This document shows positions 48,649 through 57,334 of a stretch of 64,000 nt of DNA, one piece after another. The notes beneath the pieces are model-generated. The model was not told where the DNA came from. It did no database searches and was given only the letters and a program-made list of their open reading frames with translations. This stretch comes from Patescibacteria group bacterium. GTDB taxonomy: Bacteria > Patescibacteriota > Patescibacteriia > UBA2591 > JAQUPP01. The position numbers and the translations under genes are program-made. The DNA is taken from positions 349,046-413,045 of the forward strand of contig JAQUPP010000001.1 of the NCBI GenBank assembly GCA_028716665.1. Reading direction: 5' to 3'. Every line of letters starts with the position of its first letter. Position 1 is the first letter of the stretch.

Positions 48649-50916
48649 TTGATTAAAAATATGTCTAAAATATCAGAAAAAATTTGTCTGACCATTATCC
48701 ACTATGGATCTTATTTGATTTTATTTTTGCCGCTTTTAGTTTATCAATATACTTTATATCCTTATATTTTCGGCAAAATTATATTTTTCAGGATTTTAGT
48801 GGAAATTATTTTTGCCGCTTGGTTGTTTTTGGCTATTTATAATAAAAATTATCGACCTGATTGGAAAAATCCTTTGGTTTTCAGCTTAACCGCATTCATG
48901 GGTGTTTTGGTTCTAACAATGTTTACGGGTATTGATATCTCGCGTTCTTTTTGGTCAACCCAAGAAAGGATGACTGGTGTTTTAACCCTGCTTCATTTTT
49001 GGGCATGGTTTTTAACTTTAACCAGTTGTTTTAAAAAGTGGCAAGATTGGCGAAAATTAATTTGGGCAAGTTTGATTTGTTCTTTTTTGGTCGGACTCTA
49101 CGGATTGGGGCAAAAAATAGGGTTAAAATTTTTATTACAGAATGATGGTGCTTCGCGCATGGCCGCAACTTTGGGTAATTCTATTTTTTTGGCAGTTTAT
49201 GCCATGTTGCATATTTTTTTAGCCGGTTCTCTAATAATTTTAGAAAAAGTAAAATTGGGGAAAATTTTTTCTTTTTTGATTTTACTCCTTAATTTTGGGA
49301 TCATGCTTTGGGCTGCTAGTCGCGGAGTCTTAGGAGCTTTTGGTTTGTCATTTTTATTATTATTGAGTTATCTAATATTTACTCTGCGAACCAAAAGATT
49401 AAAATTAATTTTCATTCCAATTTTTATTTTATTGATTTTAATTTTAGTCGGCGGAGTATTTTTTTGCCAAACTCAAAAAGGAAAACTTTGGACTGTTAAA
49501 GCCCCGGTTTTTATCCATAGAATAGTTTATTTGACTGGCGGTGTCGAAGAACGAACTATTGCTTGGAATGCCGGTTGGCAAAGTTTTAAAGAAAAACCGA
49601 TTTTGGGTTGGGGTTGGGAAAATTATAATATAATTTTCAACAAGTACTATAATCCTTATTATTTAAGTTTAGGCCAGGGAAATACCTGGTTTGATCGTTC
49701 GCATAATCAAGTTGTGGATTTGTTGGCTTTAACCGGTGGTGTCGGTATAATGGCTTATTTAGCGGTGTTTGGAGTGATTTTTTGGTTATTATTACGGAAA
49801 CGCAATACAAATAAATATAAGATTTGTGGGGTGTTATTTGCTTGCATGTTTTTTGCGTATTTTATTCAGAATTTAACTGTTTTTGATACGCCGGCACCAC
49901 TTATTGTCTTTTATTTTAGTTTAGCTTTGGTCTATTTTATAACAACGAATAAGAATTTAGAAAAACCCGAAGCACGAAACTCAAAATTCGAAACAAATTT
50001 AAAACTCAAAAATCAAAATTCAAAATCAAATCAGCTTCCGCTCCCGATTTTTATTTTTCTAATTATTATTTTTTTGCCGTGGTCAATTTATAAATTTAAT
50101 CTTGAGCCTTTTATTCAGAGTAAGGCGGCGGTAGTCGGTATTTCCGCTTCCAGGGTTGATTTAAAAGCAGGTCTTGATTGGTATAAAAAATCTTTGGATA
50201 AATCGGTTTTTACCAATCCGGAAATCAGAACGCAGTTGGCCAAGACTATTGTTGAATTTCCGGGCCAATCAAATCTTGATCCGATGATTTTGCAAAATGG
50301 TACGGATTTTGTAATTAAAGAATTTGAAAAAAGTATTCAAGAACATCCTCGCGATGTGAGAAATTATTTATATTTAGGTCAGTTGTATAATTTAGGTTCA
50401 AAATATAATAAAACATATCTTGATAGAGCGGAAGAAATTTTAAAAAAAGCGACAGGGCTCTCACCAAAACGCCAGCAAGTTTATTTTGAATTAGGCAGAA
50501 CTCATCTTTATAAAAAAGAATACGAAAAATCAGCTAACACTATTCAAGAAGCGGTTAATTTTGACAATAAAATAGGGGAGTCATATTGGAATTTAGCCAC
50601 AACCTATTTAATTTGGGGGAAAAATCAGGAAGCTGCTGCGGCAATAAATAAAGCATACGGAGAATTACATTATTATAAAGAAGGCATGGATTTTAATATT
50701 GCTCGGGCTTATGCCGAAATTAAAGATTTTGAAAATGCTTTTATATTTTGTGGTAAGATTGTCGATCAACAATCGGATAATTTAACTTCTCAATTGGGTT
50801 GCGCTTTGATTTACGCCAAAGGCGGTAATCAAGGAATGGCTGAAAAAATTTTTGATGAAATAGAAAATAAAAATCCGCAAGCGGTTCAGCAGGTTAGGCA
50901 ATTATTGGAACAATAA
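48649..50916 (+). CDS. O-antigen ligase / Wzy_C-domain polytopic membrane protein fused to C-terminal TPR repeats.
   Basis: About 12 TM helices and a Wzy_C-like core (LLLNFGIMLWAASRGVLGAFGLSF). A low-complexity linker (KFETNLKLKNQNSKSNQ) is followed by TPR-like repeats (YLYLGQLYNLGSKYN..., YFELGRTHLYKKEYEKS...). Confidence 0.65.
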   Translation: MIKNMSKISEKICLTIIHYGSYLILFLPLLVYQYTLYPYIFGKIIFFRILVEIIFAAWLFLAIYNKNYRPDWKNPLVFSLTAFMGVLVLTMFTGIDISRSFWSTQERMTGVLTLLHFWAWFLTLTSCFKKWQDWRKLIWASLICSFLVGLYGLGQKIGLKFLLQNDGASRMAATLGNSIFLAVYAMLHIFLAGSLIILEKVKLGKIFSFLILLLNFGIMLWAASRGVLGAFGLSFLLLLSYLIFTLRTKRLKLIFIPIFILLILILVGGVFFCQTQKGKLWTVKAPVFIHRIVYLTGGVEERTIAWNAGWQSFKEKPILGWGWENYNIIFNKYYNPYYLSLGQGNTWFDRSHNQVVDLLALTGGVGIMAYLAVFGVIFWLLLRKRNTNKYKICGVLFACMFFAYFIQNLTVFDTPAPLIVFYFSLALVYFITTNKNLEKPEARNSKFETNLKLKNQNSKSNQLPLPIFIFLIIIFLPWSIYKFNLEPFIQSKAAVVGISASRVDLKAGLDWYKKSLDKSVFTNPEIRTQLAKTIVEFPGQSNLDPMILQNGTDFVIKEFEKSIQEHPRDVRNYLYLGQLYNLGSKYNKTYLDRAEEILKKATGLSPKRQQVYFELGRTHLYKKEYEKSANTIQEAVNFDNKIGESYWNLATTYLIWGKNQEAAAAINKAYGELHYYKEGMDFNIARAYAEIKDFENAFIFCGKIVDQQSDNLTSQLGCALIYAKGGNQGMAEKIFDEIENKNPQAVQQVRQLLEQ

Positions 50917-50959
50917 AGTATTGACAAAAAATAAGAGTAAAAAAAGAAGTAAAAAATGT

Positions 50960-51000
50960 AAAAAGGGGATGGAAATAATTTCACCTCCTTTTTATATTTC
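50960..51000 (+). terminator. Rho-independent terminator after the ligase/TPR gene. The stem is AAAAAGGGGA / CCTCCTTTTT with one G-U pair, followed by a T-tract.
   Basis: Inverted repeat 50960-50969 / 50984-50993 followed by TTTTTATATTT. Confidence 0.5.
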
Positions 51001-51004
51001 AAGC

Positions 51005-51033
51005 TTGTAGATGATTGGTTTTTATGTTATAAT
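51005..51033 (+). promoter_or_regulatory. Promoter TTGTAG-N17-TGtTATAAT for pgk. It would give a leader of only about 7 nt.
   Basis: -35 at 51005-51010, extended -10 TG at 51025-26, TATAAT at 51028-51033. The pgk ATG is at 51047. Confidence 0.5.
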
Positions 51034-51046
51034 AATATATAAAATT

Positions 51047-52234
51047 ATGAAGTTAAAAACAATTAAAGAAATCAAAAATTTAAAAGGAAAAAGGGTGCTG
51101 GTAAGGGTTGATTTTAATTGTCCGATAAAAAACGGCCGGGTTATTGATGATACTCGCATTCAGGCCAGTTTGGAAACCATTAAATATTTAATTCAGCAAA
51201 AAGCCATTATTATTTTAATAAGCCATTTAGGAGACCCCAAGGGTAAAAAGAATTTGAAATATAGCTTGAAGCCGGTTTATAAAAATTTATCCGCTCGGCT
51301 TTGCGAGCGGATCCGCTCATCCCAAAGGGGCTGTAGCGGAAAATCAAAGGCTAAAAATTTGAAATTTATTAATGATTGCGTTGGCGGAAAAGTCAAAAAA
51401 GAGATTGCGACAATGAGGCCAGGGGAAATTATTTTATTGGAGAATCTTCGTTTTTATGTGGGAGAAGAAAAAAATGATTTGAAATTTGCTAAGCAATTAT
51501 CCGAATTGGCTGATTTATATATTAATGACGCTTTTTCGGTTTGCCATCGGGCACACGCTTCAGTTTCAGCGATTTCCAGATATTTACCAGTTTGCGCCGG
51601 TTTTTCTTTAATTAAAGAAATTGAAAATTTAAATCAGGTTTTAACAAAACCGACCCATCCATTCGTAGTTTTAATGGGCGGAATCAAAATTTCTACCAAA
51701 ATAAAACCCATAAAAAATTTAGCAAAAAAAGCAGATCAGATTTTAATCGGAGGAGCTTTGGCTAATAATTTTTTAAAAATAAAAGGAATTAATATCGGGG
51801 TTTCATTTTATGAACCGGCGATGTTGGGCGTTACTCGAAAATTATTGAAAAATAAAAAAATTATTTTACCATTAGACACTAAGATTAAGGGTAATGGTGA
51901 TAATTTTAGAATTTTTGATATGGGCCCTAAAACCGTTGCATTATTTCAAAAATATCTTAAAACTGCCAAGACAATTGTTTGGAATGGTCCAATGGGTTTT
52001 TTTGAAGAAAAACCCTTTGATCAGGGAACAAGGGAAATGGTTAGAATAATTTTAAATAATCGCAAGGCCAAAATTATTATTGGCGGTGGAGAAACCATTG
52101 CCGCGTTCAAAAATCAATCCGCCAATTGGCGGATAAAAATCAAAAATAATATATTTATTTCAACCGGCGGAGGAGCAATGTTGGAATTTTTGGAAGGAAA
52201 AATATTGCCGGGAATTAAGCCATTGATTAATTAA
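51047..52234 (+). CDS. pgk: Phosphoglycerate kinase. The start is reassigned to the MKLKTIKE methionine; the listed ORF begins 12 codons earlier.
   Basis: MKLKTIKEIKNLKGKRVLVRVDFNCP, GEIILLENLRF, and the C-terminal GGGA motif. It carries a roughly 25-aa Cys-containing insertion (CERIRSSQRGCSGKSKAKNLKFINDC) in the N-domain. Confidence 0.9.
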   Translation: MKLKTIKEIKNLKGKRVLVRVDFNCPIKNGRVIDDTRIQASLETIKYLIQQKAIIILISHLGDPKGKKNLKYSLKPVYKNLSARLCERIRSSQRGCSGKSKAKNLKFINDCVGGKVKKEIATMRPGEIILLENLRFYVGEEKNDLKFAKQLSELADLYINDAFSVCHRAHASVSAISRYLPVCAGFSLIKEIENLNQVLTKPTHPFVVLMGGIKISTKIKPIKNLAKKADQILIGGALANNFLKIKGINIGVSFYEPAMLGVTRKLLKNKKIILPLDTKIKGNGDNFRIFDMGPKTVALFQKYLKTAKTIVWNGPMGFFEEKPFDQGTREMVRIILNNRKAKIIIGGGETIAAFKNQSANWRIKIKNNIFISTGGGAMLEFLEGKILPGIKPLIN

Positions 52235-52245
52235 TAAAAAAAATT

Positions 52246-53526
52246 ATGTCAAAAATTACATCAATCAGAGCTTGCGAAATTTTAGATTCAAGGGGTAATC
52301 CGACTCTTGAAGTTAGGGTTGTTTTGGAAAATGGTTTGGAATCCAAAGCAGCGGTTCCTTCCGGGGCTTCAACCGGCGTTCACGAAGCGCTTGAATTAAG
52401 AGATAATAATTCAAATCGTTATGGCGGTAAGGGCGTACTCAAGGCTTGTGAAAATGTGGAAAAAATAATCGCTCCGGCTTTAATCGGTTTAGAACTAAAT
52501 CCTCAAGAAATTGACAAATTAATGATAGATTTAGACGGAACGCCAAATAAAAGCAAGTTGGGCGCTAATGCCATTTTGGGAGTTTCTTTGGCTTGTACTC
52601 GGGCCGGCGCTAAATCGCAAAATATTCCTTTATACAAATATATTCGCGAAACTTATCAGCTTACCAACTTATTGACTTATCAACTTCCTATTCCAATGCT
52701 TAATGTAATCAATGGTGGAAGACATGCTGATAATAAATTAGATATTCAAGAATTTATGATCGTGCCCTTGGCTGATAGTCTTAAAAATCAACCCAATAAA
52801 TTATTTAAAGAAAGAATAAGATTGAGCGCGGAATTTTTTCAAATTCTTAAAAATATTATTAAAAGCACTTATGGTTTTTCAATAGCCGTGGGAGATGAGG
52901 GCGGTTTTGCTCCAAGTTTTAAAAACAACGAAGAAGTTCTAAAAGTTTTAATGTCCGCGGCTCAAGAAGCAAAATTAAAAATCGGTCAGGATATAGTTTT
53001 TGCTTTAGACGCGGCGGCTTCCGAATTTTATGATGTTAAAGAAAAAAAATATATTTTTGAAAATAAAAAATTGTCGTCTCAAGACATGATTGATTTATAT
53101 CAAACTTGGATTGAAAAATATCCGATTATTTCCATTGAAGACGGTTTATCAGAAGATGACTGGTCGGGCTGGAGAGATCTTCACGCGCGTTTGCAAAAAA
53201 TCATGATTATTGGTGATGATTTATTTACTACTAACATTGATCATTTGAAAAAGGGTATTGAAGAAAGAGCGGCAAACTCTATTTTAATCAAACCAAATCA
53301 AATTGGCACTTTAACCGAAACGATAAATTGCATTAAATTTGCCCAGGCGAATAATTATAAGGTTGTTATTTCTCATCGTTCAGGGGAAACAAGTGATGAT
53401 TTTATTTCCGATTTGGCCGTGGCCGTTAACGCCGATTTTATCAAAGCAGGCGCGCCAAACAGAGGAGAAAGAGTGGTAAAATATAATCGATTAATGGAAA
53501 TTGAAGAAGAATTATATCAAATTTAA
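52246..53526 (+). CDS. eno: Enolase.
   Basis: ILDSRGNPTLEV, SGASTGVHEALELRD, IKPNQIGTLTET, SHRSGETSD. Confidence 0.95.
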   Translation: MSKITSIRACEILDSRGNPTLEVRVVLENGLESKAAVPSGASTGVHEALELRDNNSNRYGGKGVLKACENVEKIIAPALIGLELNPQEIDKLMIDLDGTPNKSKLGANAILGVSLACTRAGAKSQNIPLYKYIRETYQLTNLLTYQLPIPMLNVINGGRHADNKLDIQEFMIVPLADSLKNQPNKLFKERIRLSAEFFQILKNIIKSTYGFSIAVGDEGGFAPSFKNNEEVLKVLMSAAQEAKLKIGQDIVFALDAAASEFYDVKEKKYIFENKKLSSQDMIDLYQTWIEKYPIISIEDGLSEDDWSGWRDLHARLQKIMIIGDDLFTTNIDHLKKGIEERAANSILIKPNQIGTLTETINCIKFAQANNYKVVISHRSGETSDDFISDLAVAVNADFIKAGAPNRGERVVKYNRLMEIEEELYQI

Positions 53527-53632
53527 AATTGAAAAATCAAAATGGAAAATGACAAATTAAAATGTAAAATTTTTAATTTTGATATTTAAATTTTGATTTA
53601 AACATAACGAAAAAATTAATGAATTATATTGT

Positions 53633-55210
53633 ATGAAAAAAAATATTGATAAAGTTAATCCAGCTATTTTTATAGTTCTCGATGGCTGGGGAGTAGCGCC
53701 GGAAAGCAAAGGCAATGCCGTTACTCTGGCTAATACGCCCAATTTTAATCATTACAAAGAAAAATATCCCTATACCGAAGTTTGCGCTTTTGGAGAATGT
53801 GTTGGTTTGCCCAAAAATCAACCCGGAAATTCAGAGGCCGGTCATTTGAATTTGGGCGCCGGACGAGCTGTCAAAGATGACGCGGTTTATATTTCCGAGA
53901 GCATTAAAGATGAAACATTCTTTAAAAATCCGGCTTTTTTGGAAGGAATTTCGCATCTCAAAAAATATAAATCAAAGATTCATTTGATAGGTTTGGTGAC
54001 AGAGGAAAATAGTGCTCATTCTTCACCGGAACATTGGTTGGCAATGTTAAAACTTTTAGAAGAACAAAAAGTTGAAGAAGTATTTTTGCATCTTTTTACT
54101 GATGGTCGTGATTCTTCACAGCATGCAGCTATTCGTCTGGTAGAAAGATTTGAACAAAAAATAAATCATGATAATCATCATTTAAAAGTTAATATCGCTA
54201 GTATCTCAGGAAGATTTTATGCCATGGACAGGACTAAACAATGGGACAGGGTTGAGAAGGTTTACAATCTTTTGGTTTTGGGTAAAGGATTTCAAGCCCC
54301 AAATCCCAAAGAAGCGATTGTTCAGGCTTACAATCGACAAGAAACAGATGAATTTATTTTGCCGACCATTATCAAAAAAGATCATCAACCAACAGCCACT
54401 ATTGACGACAATGATTTGGTTATTTTTATGAATCTGAGATCAGACCGAGCCCGTGAATTAAGTAAAGCTTTTGTTCAAAAAGAATTCAATCAAAAAAATC
54501 CAGGTTCATTTAAAAGACAAAAATGGCCGAAAAATTTGTTTTTTGTCGCTTTGGCCGATTTCGGTCCTGACTTGGATCATATTAGAACCGCTTATCCCAG
54601 TAGAATAGTAAAGAATAGTTTGCCGGTAATTATAGATGGTTCACCGCAGCTTTATATCACTGAAACTGAAAAATTCGCTCATGTCACTTTTTTCTTCAAT
54701 GGCGGTTATGATCATTCCGTATCAGGGGAAGAAAGAATAATTGTCCCGTCACCGGATGTTTCTCATTACGATTTGACACCAGAAATGAGCGCGCGAAGAA
54801 TAACAAAAATAGTTTTGGGAAAAATTAAAAATGAAACATTTTCTTTTATTATGATGAATCTTTGTAATCCCGATATGATTGGTCATACCGGTAATTTACA
54901 AGCAACAGTGAAAGGGATAGAATGTGTTGATGAAAGTTTGGGGAAAATAATCAAGGCGGGTAAAAAACACGGTTATTCGATTATTGTTACAGCCGATCAC
55001 GGCAATGCTGAAGAAATGATTAATCTAAAAACCGGAGAAGTGGATACAAAACATTCCATTAATCCTGTTCCGTTTATTTTAATTAACTCTGCTTACAAAG
55101 GTAAAAAATTAAGAAAAGACGGCGTTTTGGCCGATGTGGCGCCAACTATTTTAGAATTAATGGGTCTTAAAAAATCAGAAGAAATGACAGGTGTTAGCTT
55201 GCTAAAATAG
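53633..55210 (+). CDS. gpmI: 2,3-bisphosphoglycerate-independent phosphoglycerate mutase, copy 1.
   Basis: LDGWG, GNSEAGHLNLGAGR (phospho-Ser region), ADHGN. Confidence 0.9.
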   Translation: MKKNIDKVNPAIFIVLDGWGVAPESKGNAVTLANTPNFNHYKEKYPYTEVCAFGECVGLPKNQPGNSEAGHLNLGAGRAVKDDAVYISESIKDETFFKNPAFLEGISHLKKYKSKIHLIGLVTEENSAHSSPEHWLAMLKLLEEQKVEEVFLHLFTDGRDSSQHAAIRLVERFEQKINHDNHHLKVNIASISGRFYAMDRTKQWDRVEKVYNLLVLGKGFQAPNPKEAIVQAYNRQETDEFILPTIIKKDHQPTATIDDNDLVIFMNLRSDRARELSKAFVQKEFNQKNPGSFKRQKWPKNLFFVALADFGPDLDHIRTAYPSRIVKNSLPVIIDGSPQLYITETEKFAHVTFFFNGGYDHSVSGEERIIVPSPDVSHYDLTPEMSARRITKIVLGKIKNETFSFIMMNLCNPDMIGHTGNLQATVKGIECVDESLGKIIKAGKKHGYSIIVTADHGNAEEMINLKTGEVDTKHSINPVPFILINSAYKGKKLRKDGVLADVAPTILELMGLKKSEEMTGVSLLK

Positions 55211-55233
55211 TGAATAAAATTAAATTTTAAAAT

Positions 55234-56814
55234 ATGGCAGAATCTATAAAAAAAATCCAGCCAGTTATATTGATAATTTTGGACGGTTGGGGAATTGCTC
55301 CACCAAGTCAAGGTAATGCTGTCACTTTGGCCAATTTACCAATATTTAATAAATTGGTTTCTTCTTATCCTACTTCAACCTTGCAATCATCGGGTGAGGC
55401 AGTTGGTCTTTCTTGGGGAGAACCCGGTAATTCAGAAGTCGGACATTTGAGTTTGGGAGCGGGAAAAATTATTTGGGAGAATTTGCCAAAAATAAACAAA
55501 TCGATTATCGACGGAAGTTTTTTTAAAAATCAAGCATTCTTGAAAGCAATAGAACATGTTAAAAAAAATCAATCCAATTTGCATTTGGTTGGATTATTGT
55601 CAAATGGAGCTGTTCATTCGTCAAATGAACATTTATATGCGCTTCTGGAATTGGCCGCTAAAAATGATTTTAAACAAGTTTACATTCATCCTATTTTAGA
55701 CGGAAGGGATACGCCAAGAGACAGTGGAAAAAGTTTTTTAATTCAATTGTTGGAAAAAATTAAAATTATAGGAGTTGGACAAATTGCAACGCTTACCGGT
55801 CGTTTTTGGGCAATGGATCGCGATAATCATTGGGAAAGAATTGAACAATCTTATTTGGCCATGGCAAAGGGTTTGGCTGAACAAGAATTTACAGATCCGT
55901 TGGAAGCGATTGAATCTTCATATAAAAAACAAATTTATGATGAGGAATTTAAGCCGGTTATAATAACAAAAGATTCTCAACCCTTGAGTAGAATTCAAGA
56001 AAATGATGCAGTGATATTTTTTAATTTCAGATCTGATCGCGGACGTGAGTTGACCAGAGCTTTCATTTCAGATGATTCTAAGGGTTTTAAAAGAGAGAAA
56101 ATAAAAAATTTATTTTTTGTCACCATGACCGAATATGAAAAAGGTTTGCCGGTTGAAATAGCTTTTCCCCCGGAAGAAATTAAAAATTCATTAGCCAAAG
56201 TTATCAGCGATCAGGGCTTAAAACAACTCCATGTCGCCGAAACGGAAAAATACGCCCATGTCACTTTTTTCTTTAATGGCGGACGTGAAGAACCGTTTCC
56301 CGGAGAAGATCGCATTTTAATTCCTTCGCCGCGCATTTCTTCTTATGATCAAAAACCTGAAATGTCGGCTTCCGAGGTAACTCATCAAATTTTATGGGCG
56401 ATTGACAGCAATAAATATCAATTTATTGTGGTAAATTTCGCCAATGCTGATATGGTCGGTCATACCGGAAATTTATCGGCCACAATCAAGGCGTTGGAAT
56501 TTCTAGACGAAGCAATAGGTCAAATTATCAGCTTGGCTTTAAAAGAAAATTGGGTTAGTATTATTGTCGCTGATCATGGCAATAGCGAAGAATTAGCCAA
56601 TCTTCGTACCGGTGAAATAGATAAAGAGCATTCCACTAATCCGGTTCCGTTTATTGTGATAGATAAAAATTCAGAAAATAAATCTACTGTCCAGACAGCG
56701 AAAGAATTGAATTTATTGGCACCAAGCGGAGTTTTGGCCGATGTCGCTCCGACTATTTTAAAAATTATGAAATTAGAAAAACCGGCCGAGATGACAGGGA
56801 TATCATTAATATAA
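55234..56814 (+). CDS. gpmI: 2,3-bisphosphoglycerate-independent phosphoglycerate mutase, copy 2 (tandem paralog).
   Basis: LDGWG, GNSEVGHLSLGAGK, ADHGN. It is collinear with copy 1 but clearly diverged. Confidence 0.88.
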   Translation: MAESIKKIQPVILIILDGWGIAPPSQGNAVTLANLPIFNKLVSSYPTSTLQSSGEAVGLSWGEPGNSEVGHLSLGAGKIIWENLPKINKSIIDGSFFKNQAFLKAIEHVKKNQSNLHLVGLLSNGAVHSSNEHLYALLELAAKNDFKQVYIHPILDGRDTPRDSGKSFLIQLLEKIKIIGVGQIATLTGRFWAMDRDNHWERIEQSYLAMAKGLAEQEFTDPLEAIESSYKKQIYDEEFKPVIITKDSQPLSRIQENDAVIFFNFRSDRGRELTRAFISDDSKGFKREKIKNLFFVTMTEYEKGLPVEIAFPPEEIKNSLAKVISDQGLKQLHVAETEKYAHVTFFFNGGREEPFPGEDRILIPSPRISSYDQKPEMSASEVTHQILWAIDSNKYQFIVVNFANADMVGHTGNLSATIKALEFLDEAIGQIISLALKENWVSIIVADHGNSEELANLRTGEIDKEHSTNPVPFIVIDKNSENKSTVQTAKELNLLAPSGVLADVAPTILKIMKLEKPAEMTGISLI

Positions 56815-56839
56815 TTTAAATAATTTAATAATAACAATT

Positions 56840-57229
56840 ATGGAAATAAAGTATTTTTTTCAAAATATTACTCTCTCCGGAGAATTGAAAGATTATCTGG
56901 AAGAAAAAGTTAAAAAATTAAATCGTTTTTCCGACAAAATTTGGGAGGCGAAAATTGATTTAAGTTTTAATGACAGTCACGCTAAGTCGGAAGCTTTCAG
57001 ATTGGAATTGGCTTTGAAAATGCCGGATAGATTATTGGAAGCTTCAGTTCGCGCGGCTAATATTCAAGAAGCCATAGATAAAGTTGAAGAAAAAATCAGA
57101 AAACAATTAGAGCATTATCGGGGTATTCGCGAATCTAAAAAACGTTTGATTAATAAATTTGTCAGAGGCACGAAAGCGATTTCTTCCTTATTTTTTAAAA
57201 AGGGAGAAGAGAATGAAGACGAAGAATAG
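56840..57229 (+). CDS. hpf: Ribosome hibernation-promoting factor (RaiA/HPF, ribosomal S30AE family).
   Basis: MEIKYFFQNITLSGELKDYLEEKVKKLNRF...IDLSF, with the S30AE fold pattern and an acidic C-terminal tail. Confidence 0.8.
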   Translation: MEIKYFFQNITLSGELKDYLEEKVKKLNRFSDKIWEAKIDLSFNDSHAKSEAFRLELALKMPDRLLEASVRAANIQEAIDKVEEKIRKQLEHYRGIRESKKRLINKFVRGTKAISSLFFKKGEENEDEE

Positions 57230-57241
57230 AAGCAGTTTAAT

Positions 57242-57333
57242 ATAGTTTCTGGTTATTAGTTTTAGTTTATTGGTTTTTTGTTTTTAACTAATAACTGAAT
57301 AACCATAACTATCAACTAAAAACCATAAACTAT
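57242..57333 (+). promoter_or_regulatory. Long imperfect inverted repeat spanning the hpf-secA intergenic region (20-bp outer stem with 2 mismatches, and an inner inverted repeat). Its 3' arm ends 1 nt before the secA ATG.
   Basis: Left arm ATAGTTTCTGGTTATTAGTT (57242-57261) against right arm AACTAAAAACCATAAACTAT (57314-57333). The inner pair is GGTTATTAGTT / AACTAATAAC. There is no Shine-Dalgarno sequence upstream of secA. Confidence 0.45.
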
Positions 57334-57334
57334 T

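Noticed and set aside
49965-50045. Short-period CAAAAT / CAAAAAT / TCAAAA repeats (ctcaaaattcgaaacaaatttaaaactcaaaaatcaaaattcaaaatcaaatc). These were considered as a CRISPR or satellite, as was the AAAAT-rich spacer at 53527-53632.
   Set aside because: The first lies in frame inside the ligase/TPR CDS and encodes a low-complexity Lys/Asn/Ser linker. The second is an ordinary AT-rich intergenic spacer. Neither has regular repeat-spacer periodicity.
50976-50995. TTTCACCTCCTTTTTA, a 10-nt identity with the 3' end of 16S rRNA (anti-Shine-Dalgarno CACCTCCTTT). Its reverse complement is a perfect SD on the minus strand.
   Set aside because: It is too short to be an rRNA fragment. On the minus strand no ATG, GTG or TTG start follows the SD at a sensible distance (only an ATT followed by 25 hydrophobic codons). 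It is better explained as the 3' arm of the terminator hairpin after the ligase/TPR gene.
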